Below are positions 12,919 through 26,781 of a stretch of DNA of 64,000 nt, piece by piece (position 1 is the stretch's first letter; the number at the start of each line of letters is the position of its first letter). This DNA is from Harriotta raleighana. Its lineage: Eukaryota. The stretch spans positions 661,024 through 725,023 of the forward strand of contig JBNZDD010013687.1 in the NCBI GenBank assembly GCA_050575255.1. Reading direction: 5' to 3'. The notes beneath the pieces were generated by a model. The model was not told the DNA's origin, did no database searches, and was given only the letters and a program-made list of their open reading frames with translations. Made by a program: the position numbers and the translations under genes.

Positions 12919-14482
12919 ACTCTTCTTGCTCTGCTTTAGGTTATTTTGACATTCTACTGTATTAACACGAGGATCCTCTGTTACTCTGCCTATGCTTGTC
13001 TGAACTGAAGCATTGACAGACTGTCGGAGCAGCAATGTGATTGAGTCCAATCCTGACTCTATGTACTTCTCCTGGGAGACAATCACTGGGCAGCAATCAG
13101 GAGTGAACATTATCCAATTTCCTCCCTTTACTCTAGGTGATGGACCAGATTATGTCACCATGATTGTTGCCACAGATGCGATAGGATAATTGTCATGGTC
13201 GAGGAATCAAGCCTGTGCTGTATGACTTAGCTGCTCACCAACTAAAAGTAATGTATTGCGAGTTCTTGATGAGGTAAATGAATTCTGTGCAAACATGTTG
13301 CAAATTTTAGTTTGATGGGAGTTATTCTATGCGACTAGCGGGTTGTGATTTTTGGAAGTGTTCTACAGCAAAGCAATTTTGAAAAACTCGACATTACAGT
13401 AATTCCTGTGAAGCTCTTTGGGACATCCTCGTGATGTGAAACACGTTTTATCAAATGTAAGGATTATTATTATTCATGACATAAATATTTTCTACCTATG
13501 TATATCTACATTTTCAGCATCAAATAAGATTTGTCGTTTGTCTTCTCTTGGCTCCCTCCTCCCAGCATTGTGTTTGAAAATTTGACTCATTCGGATTAGG
13601 TTCCGGTTTCAAAATTATTTCTGTTGATTAGAAACAATAAGTCTCAAAGCACATTAACACTCACTGAGAATTTCCGCCTTCGAGCTGAAAATAGACTTAT
13701 GTTGTATTCTCCTCAACAGTTCCTTAACCAGTCAACATTCTATGCTGGATTCCTGCGGCTTTTAGTTAATTAGTTGTGTATTTTTGGGTGGTACTTTGTT
13801 AAAAAAAAAATCAGAAAATCTATAATGAAGAAAATATATAAGGTGTGTCAGTAACTGCTGACAGTGTGATTGTGTGATTGTGGGCATATTGTTGCAGCAT
13901 TGTGGTATGTTACAGAATGATGAGATGCGGCTTTGTGTCTCTGATTGCCCACAGTGAATGTCTGATCACAGGCTGTGATGTTAGTTACCCAACAACTTCA
14001 CAAAAGCTCCCTATAGAGAGTCAACATCATCGAACAGTCTGCCTTTCAGTGCATTGGCAATAAACTGGGGATTTTCTTGGCTTCTAGGTTTCTTGGGTTT
14101 GTGTTGTCAACAGTTTGGGTTTATGATAAGCTGTCTTGACCTGCATCAGGAAATGAGCTGAGCTGGTGTGTTCTTGCAAATTGTTTTTGTGGCAGTGTTG
14201 TTCCACACTGTGGTGGCTGTGGTGAGTATGGTAAGCGTGCTTCTGCTTTAGATGAAGTGGATGCCATGAAAAAAATCCACTAGGTGACCAGTCTGCCACA
14301 ATCAAAATATTGAAGCACTTGTGACTTTGGGAAAGATGAGAACTAAGAGTTTCACAAGTGCATTCCACAAAGCAAAATAATTTTGAGGGGAATGCAGGCT
14401 AGAAGATGAAAAATCATGTAACTCACATTTCTTAAATTGCTTTTCAAATCTCTAACCCTAGAACGAGACTGTGAACAATATC

Positions 14483-14563
14483 CATTTAATATATAATCCT
14501 TACATTTGATATAACGCTGTATCATGTTGTTGAGATATCTCAAAGCGCTTTTACAGAATATAC
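14483..14563 (-). mobile_element. SINE 3' tail remnant
   Basis: ATAATCCTTACATTTGATATAACGCT...CTCAAAGCGCTTTTACAGAATATACT is the reverse complement of the SINE tail. Confidence 0.7.
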
Positions 14564-15947
14564 TCCAGAGTAGAGTGTCTATTTATTTTATGTGTATATA
14601 AAATATATTTAATGTATTTTATTTTCTATGATTTAAGTTCAAGTAGTTTAGGTACTATCATTTTGGATTTTTCAGTCAACAGTACTATTGTTGAAATGGC
14701 CGGACACAATTGATTTTGTGGTTAGTTAAACTGTATATAATGTGATATTGCCTCAGAGAGGGTTTCTCCTATAGCAATTGAGCCATAAATAGTAGGCCGA
14801 GAGACTTTTATATGGACGTGATGGATTCCACCAAAATAAACATTACAAAGTGCCCAGCAAATCTTAGGAAAAAGTAGTTTCATCATGAGTGGAAAAGCCA
14901 AATGGTGCAAAACTGTGGTTTCTGATGATACAGAGCTCCACCCCCTCTTGGTGGTTCAGTAGTAGCATTTCCACTGTGGACAGAACTTTGGCTGGTTGTA
15001 GCAATCCACAGCATTGAGAATCCATTCGTATTTCTGCCGGAGGCCAAATTGGGCATTGAGGAGATTGTTCCAAACTGAATTAAATGTTCTACTTTGCATT
15101 CTCTGTAAACACTAATGATGATAATTATCATATTACAACACAATTCTGATGCTCGAGCACTTAATAATGGCTAATTATAGCAATTATCAATGTCAAGATG
15201 CATAATGCTGAACTAGACGTCAGTGCCTCAAATTAGTATATCTCTCAGAGACTGTAATGTCACTATTTGCTACCTTGCTCTGTGGGACAAGAGGTTATTT
15301 ATACCACACTATTTTCCTTTGGTTCGCTTCTGATTGTCCCTTTCTGTTGCCAATAATTTTGAACAGATGCTGAGACATATCACCTTAGCTTTCTTTGGGA
15401 TTAGAGCTGTAGCTTTATTAACTTTCCAGGACCTAGCTCTAGGTGGGAAAACTGGAGATATTTTGGCTAAGGCTGAAATCTTTGGCTCCGGGACAAAACA
15501 GTTGCAGAATTGTCCAAATTAATTCAAACTCCTTTCCCGGCAACTAATCGTTTGGTCAGTTGAGAACTGAAGCTACATTGTAGGCTTGTGACAATCCTGT
15601 GGGCATCAGCCCTGCTCAGATGGTAGTGCTTTTTCCTCTGAGTCAGAAGGTTGTGTGTTGAAGGACTACAGTGGGATTCTGAGCTCCAGTTCTAAGATGG
15701 CCCTCTAGTTCTATGCCATCCAGAATGAAAAAGCTCCTGACCAAGTTGCGGTGCCCGCAGCAAACCTGCGGAGAGGAATGGCTGGAAGCAAGGTCACCCA
15801 TACTAATGTTTGCATTGCAGTCTCGATTACCATTATTGAAGAACTCCTCGATCAAGTCAAATCTATCCCCAAATACGCTCATCTAAAAAGAGTGAAAAAC
15901 ATAATGCTGCGTATCAGATTCCCATTTTCTTTTTGAACAATATCATA

Positions 15948-16025
15948 TAATCTTTAACATCCACTTGAACAGGTAAACAGAACTTTATTTTTAATGTCCC
16001 ATCTGAACGATGGCACCTCTGAAAT
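15948..16025 (-). mobile_element. Deu-domain SINE fragment
   Basis: ATCTTTAACATCCACTTGAACAG...CCATCTGAACGATGGCACCTCT; the same motif recurs at 19918 and 56845. Confidence 0.55.
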
Positions 16026-16563
16026 GCCTTGCTCGCTCAGTGCTCACCCCTTGCTCAAAGTCCCACAAAGGTCAACAATTTTGTTTATTGGTGGTGGTAA
16101 ATGCCAAAATATCTTCCAGCAAATGTATTTCCCACACGGAAATATATTGACATCAGTGACGCTGCTCAGTGGGTAGGGAACAACCTCAGCAAGAGTAGCT
16201 AGAGGTTGTTCCCTACCCACTGAGCAGCGGAACGTTTGGCAGCCAAAGATCCAAACCTTAAACGCCAGCATCAGAATTTTTGTAGGCAAGTGTGTGTTTC
16301 CATAAGATGGTAGTCAGTCAGTTCTTTTCTAAACAATCAAACATAATTCCTGGAAATGGCTAGAACTGGAAGCCCTTCATGAAATGTGCCTCAATGAATA
16401 ATGCCCAGCTGTTCATTTTCCAAAGTTGCACAAGTTTCCTGAAGTGGAATTCGTATCATTTCAGTTTTCACTTTTATTTTATTTCCGACCAATTTCCCTT
16501 CTATAATGTTTCTCCCCTCTGCTGAAGGTATTTTACTCCTTTGTCCTACCGTTGGTGTGTGAT

Positions 16564-16735
16564 TCTTTGGGTTTCCAGTGGTACCTTTACCAAATGGCTA
16601 TCATTTATTCATTGAATGATGAAAACCCTGATAGTAAGTGCTCGCCAACTATTGNTCTTTGGGTTTCCAGTGGTACCTTTACCAAATGGCTATCATTTAT
16701 TCATTACCCTGATAGTAAGTGCTCGCCAACTATTG
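16564..16735. repeat. Near-identical tandem duplication joined at an N (probable assembly artefact)
   Basis: TCTTTGGGTTTCCAGTGG...CGCCAACTATTG occurs twice, differing by an 11-bp indel, with an N at the junction (16655). Confidence 0.9.
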
Positions 16736-18011
16736 AACCACATAGATATTGCATTCAACCACAGGAGCTTATCTTTATCCTCATCCAACAGTAACGCAAA
16801 AATGCACCTTCTAGCAATGGATTTTGGATCGTGATCAGCAGCAGGGGCTACTGCTGAAATTTCTTTCTCTAACTCATGGATGATGAGACCAGTTGTTGGC
16901 TCATCCACTAAGTTCATTTAGGTCAGCACACTCACCCCAGCATTTTCACACTCAAATTTAGGATTGCAAACATATGTTCTAGTGCTGCATTGCCTTTGCT
17001 TATAAGGCCATCGGAAGATGTATATCTAGATAGACAGATTGCAATGTTGATACGGCATTTAGTATTGGGCTATGATGAATTTTTTTCCAAGATAATTTGT
17101 TTTTCCATAAAGGAACTATACATTTCTAATCAAAGTGGTATGAGCAAAGAATATGATCTGTCTTGCAATTTGTTTCCACCTTCTTTTTCAAAAAAAAATC
17201 TGGTTTAAATTTAAATTTGGCAGATTATTAGCAATGTGTTCAATCTAAATAATATTTTTGAGGTGTTAAAGCTTTGAAAAGACCCTGGCCTTTTGTCTTA
17301 ATAGTTCGTTTTTGTCCTTTCCAAACGATTGGCACAACTTCAGGCAATCAGTGATCTCATTGCACTCTGGCTGACATTTTTTAAGCAGAGTGCTGAAGCT
17401 ATAACATAAGCAAACTGTAAAAGGCCAGATGCATTCACTCTTTGCTATCTGTACTTCAGTTAAAGATGAACAGTTAACAGCGCTGTGCCAATGTCTGAGA
17501 AAAGCTTCTCATGTCAGAATCGTATCAGAAAATGAAAGGATTTTTATAATCTGTGCTCCATGTGATTGGGTTTGGGGAGATTTAACACACTAACTTTTAC
17601 TAATAGGGGCAAATCCTCATGGAATTGGTGTTCAAACAATGAAATCTCACTGATCGGATACATCAGATCAATGTGAATTACATTGGTTAATTGGTATAAT
17701 TCCATTTTAAATATGATATCTACTTTGTAAGAGATAGGGATTTTTGTAAAGTATAAGACTGATTGTTTTGCAGCAACTTCATAAAAACAATGTACCATGA
17801 AAAGAATAAGTACGATGGCCATTACTTTGCCTTTTAAAATATGAAGTCCACCAGAGCTGAAAGTCTAGTAGAGATGGTGTGATATATAATGAAACATGTA
17901 ATGCTAAGAAAAATTAAAACCTTAGGGCAGTTCTCTTTTATGAATACTGTATTCCCATCAGAAAGCATACACATCCTGCAATGCAGTTGAGTATATCTGC
18001 AAATGCAAATC

Positions 18012-18067
18012 CTGGGACATCCTCATGACATGAAAGGCGCTATACAAGTGTCATTTTGTTGTTGTTG
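18012..18067 (+). mobile_element. L2 3' tail remnant
   Basis: GGGACATCCTCATGACATGAAAGGCGCTATACAAGTGTCATTTTGTTGTTGTTG. Confidence 0.7.
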
Positions 18068-18384
18068 ATGGCATTTCATTGGGATTGGAACTGAACAGTG
18101 ATGCATTCCACCAGATCTTGAAATTGCTTTTAATTATATCCACTCCTTTGGGGGAATCGGAGTTAAATGCTTGAGGAATTTCAGCAATGCCAATAAGATC
18201 AGAAATGAGGCCACTTACAGATAACGTTCAGCTGGAGGTTTCTTCCATGTTATAAGTAAATTATTAACAGACGATTGTATATCAAATGACATTAGCAAGT
18301 GTATAGGTTCATTAGTTATCTACGCGGTATTTAAGATGTTAAACAATACAAATAGCTTGAGCTAGTTTGGCCTGACTATCCAAA

Positions 18385-18445
18385 TAACAACAACAACAAA
18401 ATTACATTTATAGAATGCCTTTTATGTTGAGAGGACATCTCAAGT
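18385..18445 (-). mobile_element. L2 3' tail remnant
   Basis: (CAA)n AAATTACATTTATAGAATGCCTTTTATGTTGAGAGGACATCTCAAG. Confidence 0.7.
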
Positions 18446-19029
18446 AACTCTCAACTGCAAAGAACATGTAGCCTTGCTGCATTAGCAAGTTGCAATATTT
18501 GACGTTACTCATTCAGGATTTGGACTACCATCACTTCCCATTAAAAATCCTTTTATGTTTTACTTTGCGTGTTGGTGATCTGCCCATGCTCCAACTGTTT
18601 GAATAGTTGAATAGTCAAACACTCTGGGACGCTACCCTCCATGAGGTGTGCAATATTGTTGTCTTGAATTACGTTAATTCTCTGGCTTCCCATGTTTCCA
18701 ATTTTAATCAGATTCGCCACCAAACAGAGAGGGAGAGAGTGAAGAGGATGTGCTTAGGCTATTGGATGACTGCAGTATTGGTTAGCGTTCACAACTTGAG
18801 TTGCACTCTAGCCAACTATTGTCTGGCCACATCGGAGCATTGTGCTGGGTTTCAACATCATCTCAATGAGAGACCATGCTGTGTGTGGTCTGGGAGACTA
18901 TCAAATGGAATTTTACTACACTCAAAGTCGAATAGAATATAAAAGCAAGTTCATGTCTTCTCAATTTCATGTACATCCTCAAAGGAATGATGCTATATTT
19001 TGTTCAATTAGATTTTCTTTTTGCCATTG

Positions 19030-19215
19030 GTAATCACTTTAGTTCTCAGCTTCTCTCTTCATATACTTGAGCTCAAAGTTGTGGAATCATCCAGGCTGCA
19101 TTTCTCTAAATCCTCTCTGACAAATTAACATTTCCTTAATTTAACACCTTTTGAAGATGAAGTGCCCGAAATATTTGAACACTCCAAATGTGGTCTCAGC
19201 GATGATCTCTATCAG
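19030..19215 (-). mobile_element. Degenerate CR1 LINE fragment
   Basis: ...AACACTCCAAATGTGGTCTCAGCGATGATCTCTAT resembles the antisense of the CR1 Y..LVRPHLEY coding region. Confidence 0.45.
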
Positions 19216-22200
19216 GTTCAAAACAAATTACAATTAAAAGTTATTCTGCTGCATCCAAAGGCATGATTTGCTGTGCTCAGTAGAGTACATTCACAGAACA
19301 CCATCAATTGAAACTGACTGCTTCACACTGACTGGCTACTTTCGTAAAGTTGAAGAAAAATACACCGAAGAAAGAAAAGTTTTGAAATGCGAGTGGGGGG
19401 AAATTTTTTTTTGCATCTTGTTAATACGATACTGTACAAACTGTGGCACTTTATGTTTAAATAAGGCCTTTCATGTAAAATCAATTCTCAAATATTGATG
19501 ATATTACTAATTGCTGTTCTCAAAGGATTCACTTTGTGAGTTCACTGGCAGCTTACTTACCACTGTTCTCAGAGACCACAATCAAACATCCAGTTTATAT
19601 CATCTCCACATGTCAGTACACACCCTTGAGAGTTTTTGAGGGAACAAAATATGCAATTCTGAATTGTTGAAACCCTTAACTGTTGTGCTAAAATGCTAAG
19701 ATCTATAAGCAGAAGTTAACACTTGCAGCTTTGGTACATCGATTGGATGTCACTGGGGACCGCAACATAATGAACAGGGCAGGTCACTTGTGGAATTCCT
19801 TACATATCTCACGGACTTTATAGAGTATCACATGTTTACACCACTTAGTAACCTAAAGCCCACAAGGATTTCTGTTGTCAAGCTGTAACAGTTCAAGAAT
19901 CTCCACTCCTTAATATAGGATCTTTAACATCCACTTGAACAACATATACACATCCTTAGTTTAGGACACCTTGACTTAAACATAGGCCCTTCAATAAGGC
20001 AGCACTCACTCCTTACTTCACTGAACCTAAAATATGATCTTGGGTTTTTGTGTGGGGCCCAAAACCCTGTTCTGTACAGTAATAATAAGAGAAAAACAAT
20101 GGAGTAGGGCTAAGAGGCAATTAACTTTTAAGTTTCTTTAAGACTTTTGTCAAATCTCCCTTCCTCCTACAGTATATTGCTTTGAGAGCGATATGAAGCA
20201 ACAATGAGAGATCAGACACAGAGGAGCTCTAAATTACAGGTCCAGAATAACTGGTTTCAAACAATGAAGTAAAGACTTGTAATCTGTGACCACTCATTTC
20301 AAACTTTATAATCAATAATGATCATCAAATTAAATTACTGTAGTTTGAAAATAATGGATCACTCGTACCTGACATTCAACAGTTGGGCCGGGCCAAATAC
20401 AGGTTTACACTCAGAACTTGCATGAGTTAATTGCTTCATATTTTTCTGGTTTCTAGTTCCCGGTCCAAGCAAATTTAAATAAAAGGACCTTTATGCTGCT
20501 TTGCTTGTAAAATGCATGAAATGTATTGAAATTTGAGGTAAAAATAACCGCTACTTTTTTAAAAAAAAAAACGTTTCAGGGGAATGAGTGAAGAGAGGTG
20601 TTCTGTCTTTCCTGCTCAAACTGTACCTCTCCTGCCCGCCAGTTGTACAAACACAACCTTGCACATTCCACACTCTGTGGAATGGAGGTGAGAAAAACCA
20701 CAGAACAAGCCTCATTCAGTGCCCACAATTTTAATCTCCTGTGTGAGGACAAGCAGCAGGCTGTCATTGCCCTTGGCTGATCAGATAATTTTACTGGCAT
20801 TTTTTTTTGCCTCAGCTGGTGATCTATATCTCAGTACAGGGTCTGATAACACACCCATCATTCCTGGTGAATAGAGGTGAATAGATGTTGCTCCTTAGGT
20901 GGCATTTTCGTAAGCACCAGTGCCAGGGCAGACTACTACACCTGGAGACCAATGCTTTTGTGTGTTAAAGATCTATAGAGAAGGTCTGTTGGAAGGCACA
21001 CAGGTTAAAATGGCAAGAAAAACAGAACCTACAACATAAAGTATGGATGAGGAACAAATAGCTTTGACACTGATGTACTGTTATTCACATTTTCTAATTG
21101 ATAGATCATTTTCAAATATTAAATGTCTTTGCATGTGAATTTAGTTTTTTATTGCAATTTGTAGTGACCTTCCATTAGGTCAGGTTATTGGTGTAGTTGC
21201 TCAACACCTGTGATGTTCGTTCGCTGCATTAGAGGAACCTGTGCATCCTGATGTCTTACAAACTACACTGGCAATGTGGATTGGAATAGAAAAACAATGC
21301 ACAATCTCAGCCATAGATTATTGTGGTACATTGACAAAGTCGATAAAGAGATGAAAGAAAATGATTCATCTTCATTCAGCATTTGAGTTTCAATCGATAG
21401 AAAAACTGAAATCCATAATTTGATGATTTTTGTGATTTCTCAGTCGTTTGTCCAACAAATTCTATGTTAAGCTCAGTTTAGCCCAGAGTATTTGAGTTCC
21501 ACCCTCCTTCCCAGAGTGCAGCAAATGGGCTGCTCTCTGGGAAATAGCTGAGTAGGAGGAGTTCCCGGGCTACAAATCCGAAACATCGCCACAAGTGAGC
21601 ATCACAGCATTGCGGATGGCTGCCTAAGCCATTTTGAAAAGTTTATTTTTGCTTTCCAGTTCATATATTGTGTTTGTTCCTACCGCCCAACACTAAACCA
21701 TCTTTTCAAGTTATCCTTATTTCAGAACATAGGATGTTCCAACTTGTAGGAAGTTCCTGCGATGTTACTTGGGTCATCTTGATTGGCCAGGGAGGAGATG
21801 GCTTTCCCCACATAGGTTTTCCTTCCATCGTCTGCCTCTAGATGTCCCTATGAGACCAGCAAACCTCAACCCCAGGATTTTTGGAAATGTGACTTTGACA
21901 CATTTGACTGGAGTTCAAACTCGCATTTCTTATTTGGGGAGTTTAACACAATAGTATTCCAGATGGGCCATCTTTAAATCGATTCCAATGTATAATAATA
22001 ATAATACTTAGATTTATATAGTGCTTTCCATATCTTATCAACGTCCCAAAGCACTTTATAAGGCTGGCTGTTCATTTTGCAAATAACAAGTACATCGGTA
22101 ATGTTTTAATAACACTCACTAGTGAAGCTTAACACAGCTAAATCTTTTGGTGCATTTTGCCAGAGAGAAGAATTAAGAGGAACCTGGAAATGGAAATATG

Positions 22201-24549
22201 ATGATATAAATCTAATGAGGTTAATTAATGAGGTTTCAATCCTATAATATAATGTTGATTCATTTGCTTCATTATCCCATTTTCTCCCCCCAAACAAGCT
22301 TTTAGTTTTGTTCAATGCCAACTCACAAAACAAAAATTAAGCATTTTTGAAAACAGTAATTTGAATTATTTAGTATTTTTGAACCTCATGGATTTTAGCA
22401 ATAAACATTACCATGATATCCTGATAAGTAAGTGTTTGTTATGTGAATGTGCTACAACCTAAAATTATACTCATCAGCACAACTACATGTGTACAATCAT
22501 TTGTTTTCGTTTGCATATCACTGCAATGGACTCTCCTTTGCATTATATAATTGCACCACTAAATTTAGATTGACTTGTAGGCTCTGGATTAAAGCAAAAG
22601 GCAAAGGAAGGATCCATCCACCAAAAGGAAAGCTTCCTTTTACCATACCAGACAGTGCGCTATGTGTATCCTGATATGCAAACTGAGCAGACAATGTAGA
22701 TTGAGTAGAAGAATAATGAACAATCACAATATTAGATTATCATATTCAAAGCCAGGTTTGTGAATGCTGGTTGCGTTCAACATGGGTCGAAATATCATGA
22801 ACAGTTTTTTCAGCACTTTGTCGCTTTGATCTTGTGCAACTTTATCAACATTTTGGAATCCCCAACCTAAACTGGAAGATAGCTTTTACACTGTATCTAT
22901 CTAATCTAATTCGCCTGCTCTCTCCATTACTCTTTTATAGTGTTGGAACCATTGTTAATTGGAAAGGATTTAGCGAGCAATGTTTTGCCAGATCAACTGA
23001 CCACAGTATAATCTAAAGCCCTTCAGGCACAACAGTTTCACTCCAGAGACTCTGCCAGCATTTGACTAAGAATCTCTCTGCTTCCTTTCAGACCAGTTAC
23101 TCAATGGTACCATTTAATTACATTTCAGTCTCCGAGATTTTAGGATATTACTTTATTTCATCTCTCCTCTTGTTCTTTTCAAGCCTCCTCAAAACTCATT
23201 AAGTTGTTTCAAAACCTAATGAGAGCCCTCAATAAAAGAAGTTGTTGTTTTTTGCTTGCTGCTGTTTATTTTTTTCCTGAACAAAAATACTGTGTCTCAG
23301 TTAAAGAGATCTGCAGGAGACTGTGCTTCATTCTGTGCAGCGGGAATGCTAAATCACTTCCACGAGTCTCCTGGGTCTTCCTGGTGGCTTAAAAAACACA
23401 TCCTTCGCAATATACAGATCTCGTTGTGTATGTAAAGGATTTATTTTTTCTGAATGTATTTTCAGGATGATTGCAAATAGAACAGAGATTTAGAATCTTC
23501 TCTTCCCCAATTCTTAGTCTTTTTCTCCTGAATGCTTTCACTGCTCCTTGAGTGTCATCACTCATATGCTTTGCCCAGATGCCCATGCAGCATATCCTGA
23601 ACCCAATCTGTGAGTGTAAGAGGCTATTCAACCATGGCAGCATCACTGCCAAGCTTGATCTTGTCTATTTCATCCGATATTCACAAATGCACTTTCCATC
23701 GGGAGTCACTGAGCAGCAATCACAAATGGAAACCCCGGCTGCTTATTTTTCCACCTCCTTATCCCAGGGTTATTGAGGCCAAGCCTTTCGAAAATGTCCA
23801 CTAAATTGCCCACAGTCTATTATTTACTGTGTCCAGTGGTTTATTGAGTTAGGTCTCTCTGCTCCAGCTGGAAAGTATTTACTCAGTTCTTGTGTCAGTA
23901 TTTAGTGTGGCATCTTAACAAAATTGATCATTCCTTCAGCCTTTCAAATTGATGGAAGTCCGGTGATGTCCATGCTATTTTTCGTTACAAGAAGATTCTC
24001 ACAGGTTGGGTGTCAGCCAGGAAGTAAGTAAGTAAAGGGAATGAAAAAATCAACAACTTAGATTTAGAATAAGGTTTCCAGAACATTTCAACTAGCCTCC
24101 CATTATGCTGTGGTCTTATCCAAGCATTGCAGGATTTCAACGCCAGTGTTTACATAATCAAATGCCACTTCCAAACCAAAGTTTCATTTTCAATCATTGT
24201 CACAAGGGAGAATGGTTGACCACACCCCAAGCCAAGCCTCTGAGATCCGTAAAACTCTGTGGCACACGTTCACTCATTCTTTTTACAGGATCGCAACTAT
24301 GATCTGCCACTCACTGACAAAGTTTGGTTATATTCTTGTAAAAATAAGCGAGTTAGAAATGTTCTTTCTATCCTTTTGCAGAAACTCTTCAGTATGCTTC
24401 AGTATAAATGAGTCACCATATAATTTTGGACTTTTCCACCATGTCACCTCTCACAGGTTTTTGCATAAGATCCTTGTCCAGGAGGGTAAATTTATTGAAG
24501 ACTAAAGGATCAGAGCCCGAGCTTCTGACTTTATTAAGAACTGTAGCTC

Positions 24550-24710
24550 CACGTAAAGATTGTTTGTGGGATACTGCTATATACAACTGGCTGCTGCATT
24601 TCACATACAAAATACCACTCAACTCACTTTACTTTATATCTTGTGAAGCACTTTGAGAAGCCTCAATGACCCAATAAGGCACTAAATTAAATGCAATTAA
24701 TTATTATTGA
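24550..24710 (+). mobile_element. SINE 3' half remnant
   Basis: TGTTTGTGGGATACTGCTAT...TGTGAAGCACTTTGAG...AAATGCAATTAATTATTATT. Confidence 0.7.
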
Positions 24711-26781
24711 GGATTTAATTAGAATAAGATGAGAATTGTGCAGAAAGGGTCAGCTTCTGAGACTGTGAAATGGACAATGCTCCTTTACCTCCGAACAGAG
24801 TTGAAGGATGCAATTTGGATTGAGATTACATTTTGCCTGAGGTCAAAAATGGAACGATCGCATTTTGCCCCCAATGTCAACTTAGAACCCTGCCAGAAGG
24901 CACAACATACAGAGTGAAGCTTCCTCTCGTCTGCCCTAAGAGTTCAATTCCGGTGAAGGGTCAAACCTATTCGGATGTGAAAGGTGCTATGCAAATGTAA
25001 TCTTATTGTTGTTGTATTTCCATCAATCCTGTTTTAGGTGTCTAGCATCTGCAGGTTTTCTTTTGATTTCTACCATTATTGAGATAGTTTGCTTCACTTC
25101 GTAGGTTCAAAACCTGAAGAAGTTGACCTTAGAAATTGCTGTTCAGGCACTTCTGAAACCAATATCCAGTTTAACTGGAGTTTGGCATTTTCAAGTTTAA
25201 TATTCTGGTATTGTGTTTCTCTCCCAAATCTAGTTAAACAAACAGTTATTAGTTTTGTATATAATATTAGCAGTGCTTGTTCCTTTATTTGAGGTAGTTT
25301 TTGACCTCTTCCCAGTAGACCACTATTTTGGAAAGGGTATGACCCACCTCATTACTGTAACCAAAGTAATAAATGACGAACACAAGCCTCCCAATCAGTA
25401 TATTTTAGTAAATCTGTCAAGCAGCTTGTTTCAGTTTCCTGACTCAGGCTCCATTGGCATTATAAATATCACAAGAATGAAAATACATTTCAACAACGCA
25501 GCCTTTTGCTAAGTACCAGGGAGATTGATGTGCTCTCCACTAAAGTCACACATTCCTGACCTACCAAATGAGAAACTGAAGCAAGGGTGTGTCTGTTGCC
25601 AATAGAAATGCCACCCATGTGGCTTTAAACTGGACAGTCTGCCTTTTTGGAGGATTGGGCTGTCTACAAATTTCTGAATACTAGGCACCAAAAGTCTGGA
25701 GGGGGTATTTCAAATGGAAAATTGTGTCGCCTCCTTCGCCTGTTAATTTACCATCTATATATGTCAGAGGCTTGGTTATTAAGAATTCCAATTAATTTTC
25801 ATCAGCAGCAAAGTAAACATTAGGATTGAGACGATGGTCCTTTACTTGGTCCCTGCCTCCTGCTTACACTGGGACTTGGCAGAAGGTGTTCCTCTCTAAT
25901 GACCAGTGATGTTAAAAAAGGGTTTATTGTTTCATTCCCAATAAAGTATGGAGTTCCAACTTTACTTCTATAACAACACATAAAGCTATTCCTTTTGAGC
26001 TGTGAGGGAGCTGTTTGTAAAATCCTAGTGCCTACCCTCCTGAATGGATTTTCAAGGTGATACAAATGTACAAATATCTTTGTAAAACATGTATATTTTC
26101 CATCTTTTAAATAATAACATACACACATCAATAATGGCAATCTGAATGATGTATAGGCTTGGTTCTGAGAATAAACAACCAGCAGATAAGAGCCACGTAT
26201 TGCAGTATTTACCTAAATATATTTTGTATTATGTTGCTATAAACACATGCTAATATAACCAAAAGACTATGCTATCCATATATATTTAAAGAAGAAGAAA
26301 GATAACAAGGGATGGGAGCAAAATGCAAGTCAAAATAACAAAGCAGAATTCTTCTGTCAACAGAATTCAGTAATGAAGCTATCGGTAATAGAGCTGAAGC
26401 GAGGGGATCCTAAGACATTCAACATACCTGGAGGGAAGATAGGTAAACAACTTTGTGAGGAGTGAAGTAACTTAAAGACAAGGACATACTGTAAGGTTTA
26501 GTCAAATTATTAGGTTTATTTTATGTTTAATAAGAAAATCAATGTGTATAATATTTCGTATAACATTAGAAATTTAGGTATAAAACTGAGAAGGCTGCAG
26601 AGTTGCAGAAAAACAGAAATGAATGTAGCCAGGTTTGCACCAGTTGCAATAGATATGATAAGTGTGAAGGGCGAAGAACAAAAAACATCTTCAGTTAAAG
26701 ACATCAATATAGCTACTCTTTCCCTTCTCAAGAGTGGGAAGTCAGGGGGTAATACCGAGGAGGCAGACAAAACAGACGTGG

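Noticed and set aside
16564-16735. Tandem duplication as a biological repeat
   Set aside because: The copies are identical except for an 11-bp indel and are joined at an N, typical of two alleles assembled in tandem.
25290-25312. let-7-like TGAGGTAG seed
   Set aside because: The match stops after about 9 nt and I see no precursor hairpin.
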